Both the position numbers and the translations under genes were made by a program. 64,000 nt of DNA from Gammaproteobacteria bacterium (GTDB taxonomy: Bacteria; Pseudomonadota; Gammaproteobacteria; Xanthomonadales; Marinicellaceae): positions 1,797 through 65,796 of the forward strand of contig JAUIGR010000010.1 of NCBI GenBank assembly GCA_030430025.1, in the 5' to 3' direction. Position 1 is the first letter of the stretch. Every line of letters begins with the position of its first letter. The notes under the pieces were generated by a model. That model searched no databases and was not told the DNA's origin. It saw only the letters and a list, made by a program, of their open reading frames with translations. Shown piece by piece: positions 62,170 through 64,000 of this stretch.

Positions 62170-62267
62170 TCGGTCAAACGCAGTTAATCGCAAAAGTGTG
62201 ATTTTGCTGATGTTTTTTTGACCTCATTTGAGCCTGACGGTTCAAGGTGGTACTTCCATGTGCCACA
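62170..62267 (-). mobile_element. MITE internal fragment
   Basis: TCGGTCAAA ... TTTGAGCCTGACGGTTCAAG GTGGTAC ... GTGCCAC matches the central hairpins. Confidence 0.75.
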
Positions 62268-62412
62268 GCAAAGTAATGGGATTAAAAGTATTTTTTTCAT
62301 TTTTTAATCTCTTGGTTAGTTAAATTTAAAAATTTGCCAGGCCATGTTGTTGAACATAACCTGGCTACTAATATCCAACCATCTGTATTAAAATGATAGG
62401 ATATTGCATCCT

Positions 62413-62826
62413 TCAATCTTGATCATGTTTAAAGGAGTCAATATTGTTTTTTATGCTTTTCTTGGAGGTCTTTTTTTGCCCTGCATTCCGGATCAAATGG
62501 ATTACTATCATATTGAGAAAATGTATGAGTCCCAGAATCATTAGCACTTGACCAATATTAGAACTTAAATAAATGATTATGCTCTCGATATCGGTAACTC
62601 TATAATTGGACTGTAAGCGCACTAACACAAAGCCAACATTTAGTAGGTAAAATCCGACGACTAACATGTGGTTAACAGATTTAGCCAGTTCAACTTTGCC
62701 ATTAAAACCATCAATGAGGTAAACCTCACCATTTTTGCTTAAGGTTCGGGATACAAAAATGGTGATGCAGATGCTAATGAAGATGTATGCAATATAAGTA
62801 ATAGATGTAATCATGTCTGGCCTCAT
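62413..62826 (-). CDS. Conserved small membrane protein
   Basis: NGEVYL, SVNHMLVVGFYLLNVG; three TM segments. Confidence 0.75.
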   Translation of the reverse strand: MRPDMITSITYIAYIFISICITIFVSRTLSKNGEVYLIDGFNGKVELAKSVNHMLVVGFYLLNVGFVLVRLQSNYRVTDIESIIIYLSSNIGQVLMILGLIHFLNMIVIHLIRNAGQKKTSKKSIKNNIDSFKHDQD

Positions 62827-63165
62827 AGTCTTAGGTTTAAAAAATGATCCGTTGTAGAATCAATCGGTGATAGTTTATGAGGTAGTAAGAAGCATTGCTT
62901 TCAGATTTATATTTCCGCAACAAAAAGATTAAATTAACTTTAAATTCAATAAGATAAAATCATTGCTGAATGATAATATAAGAGTTTGCTATGATTTTAA
63001 TCTGCTGTTTCGGTATTTCCCTGGAGATTCTTTGGTTTCTCCCTTAATAAGTGGTGTAGAAACTTAGACTGTGAATCCCTCCGATTTTATCGAAGCTTGA
63101 CCGAAACACGAGTGAATCTACTTCACGCCAGGTTTTATAAAGTCCGTATAATATTTTTGGAAGAT

Positions 63166-63207
63166 TTGAATCGCCAATGAAATTTGTATATAATTGGACA
63201 TATATGT
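63166..63207 (+). promoter_or_regulatory. Sigma70 promoter and palindromic operator of vapBC
   Basis: TTGAAT-17-TATAAT (63166-63194); perfect palindrome ACATATATGT at 63198-63207. Confidence 0.65.
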
Positions 63208-63224
63208 GTTTAATGGAGTTTAGA

Positions 63225-63455
63225 ATGGGTCAGGTTACAATCTACTTAGAAGATGACATTGAGAGGAAGATGAAAGATGCTGCAAAGTCAGCCAGACTTT
63301 CAAAAAGTAAATGGATTGCAAGGCTTATTAAAGAACAAGTATCTAATGAGTGGCCTCAGTCTGTTATAGATATGGCAGGTTCTTGGAATGACTTCCCCAC
63401 TATAAGTGAAATTAGGGAAAACGAAGGGAATGATATTGAGCGAGAGAAACTGTGA
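63225..63455 (+). CDS. vapB: RHH/CopG-type antitoxin
   Basis: ATG 63225 with GGAG RBS; QVTIYL strand, SKSKWIARL helix; stop overlaps the toxin start. Confidence 0.82.
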   Translation: MGQVTIYLEDDIERKMKDAAKSARLSKSKWIARLIKEQVSNEWPQSVIDMAGSWNDFPTISEIRENEGNDIEREKL

Positions 63456-63871
63456 TGTTTGTGCTTGATACCAATACATTAATCTATTTTTTCAAAGGCA
63501 TGGGCAATGTTTCAAAAAACTTTCTTGAGGTACAACCCAAGAATATAGCTATTCCATCGGTAGTTCTTTATGAATTAAAGTATGGCATAGCAAAATCTAA
63601 CTCTCCTCAAAAGCGCAATAAGCAATTAATGGAATTGTGCTCTTTAGTTGAAACCCTACCGTTTGGTGATAGTGCAGCTCAAGTATCTGCATCAATCAGA
63701 GCCAGCCTCGAAAAGCAGGGTACACCTATTGGTCCTCTTGATGTCTTAATTGCAGGAACAACAATAGCTAATAAGGGCATATTAGTTACTAACAATACAA
63801 AGGAGTTTTCAAGAATACCAAATTTGAGGTTGGATAATTGGTACATTACTCCAATCCCTAGTCCAACCTAA
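63452..63871 (+). CDS. vapC: PIN-domain toxin
   Basis: LDTN, VVLYELKYG, GPLDVLIAG, VTNNTKEF. Confidence 0.93.
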   Translation: MMFVLDTNTLIYFFKGMGNVSKNFLEVQPKNIAIPSVVLYELKYGIAKSNSPQKRNKQLMELCSLVETLPFGDSAAQVSASIRASLEKQGTPIGPLDVLIAGTTIANKGILVTNNTKEFSRIPNLRLDNWYITPIPSPT

Positions 63872-63924
63872 CTCCAATAAGAAGAATGATAAACCTCGAG
63901 TCAAATATACTCAATCAGCTCAAA

Positions 63925-63983
63925 ATTAATTAGTCGAATCTGAAAAAGTCCATGCTGACCTTTTTCAGATTCGACTAATTAAT
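63925..63983. mobile_element. 43-bp hairpin form of the MITE within a perfect 24-bp inverted repeat
   Basis: ATTAATTAGTCGAATCTGAAAAAG-TCCATGCTGAC-CTTTTTCAGATTCGACTAATTAAT. Confidence 0.8.
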
Positions 63984-64000
63984 ATCTGAGCAAAAGACCC

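Noticed and set aside
62227-62266. Three G-U-compatible stem changes suggesting the functional RNA strand of the MITE
   Set aside because: The copy at 41155 has a G-U change favouring the opposite strand (GCAAAA/TTTTGT); too few events to assign a strand
63137-63152. ATAAAGTCCGTATAAT, recalling my memory of the IS256 left end
   Set aside because: Recalled, not verified; no second end or transposase; an AT-rich 16-mer may be chance (an ISfinder search would settle it)
63866-63872. ACCTAAC over the vapC stop as an integron attC R'' site
   Set aside because: No L boxes or matching GTTAGGT R' in the remaining sequence; neighbouring genes lack R'' sites; no integrase

Overview
AT-rich chromosomal segment of a marine gammaproteobacterium. 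The gene order (algZ-algR-hemC-hemD; map-glnD; engB/cytochrome c4/dsbA; gltA beside a type-B L31; slt-cca) and the secreted-protein style suggest a Marinicella/Xanthomonadales-related lineage (inference). Most of the window is housekeeping. Five things stand out. (1) Four secreted proteins from three unrelated fold classes end in the same short tail, D-[LI]-I-F-x-[DN]-G-[FL]-[DEN], which behaves like an uncharacterised sorting or anchoring signal; another protein carries an IPTL-CTERM-like anchor. (2) A TonB receptor, a 3-hydroxybutyrate-oligomer hydrolase lipoprotein and a 3HB dehydrogenase form an operon with a divergent PsrA-like TetR, a candidate PHB-oligomer scavenging locus. (3) A ~305-bp TA-flanked, hairpin-rich MITE-like repeat occurs as two full copies, one internally deleted copy, a 43-bp hairpin form and several fragments, with no transposase in the window. 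(4) Two inverted paralogues each carry tandem nidogen-like domains with an HPCGC motif. (5) There is a G10 tract at a ribosome-binding site, a frameshifted surface-protein gene, a GMC-oxidoreductase relic and a vapBC-containing accessory islet at the right end. No tRNA, rRNA or CRISPR array was seen. All family assignments are by eye from motifs; no database searches were run.
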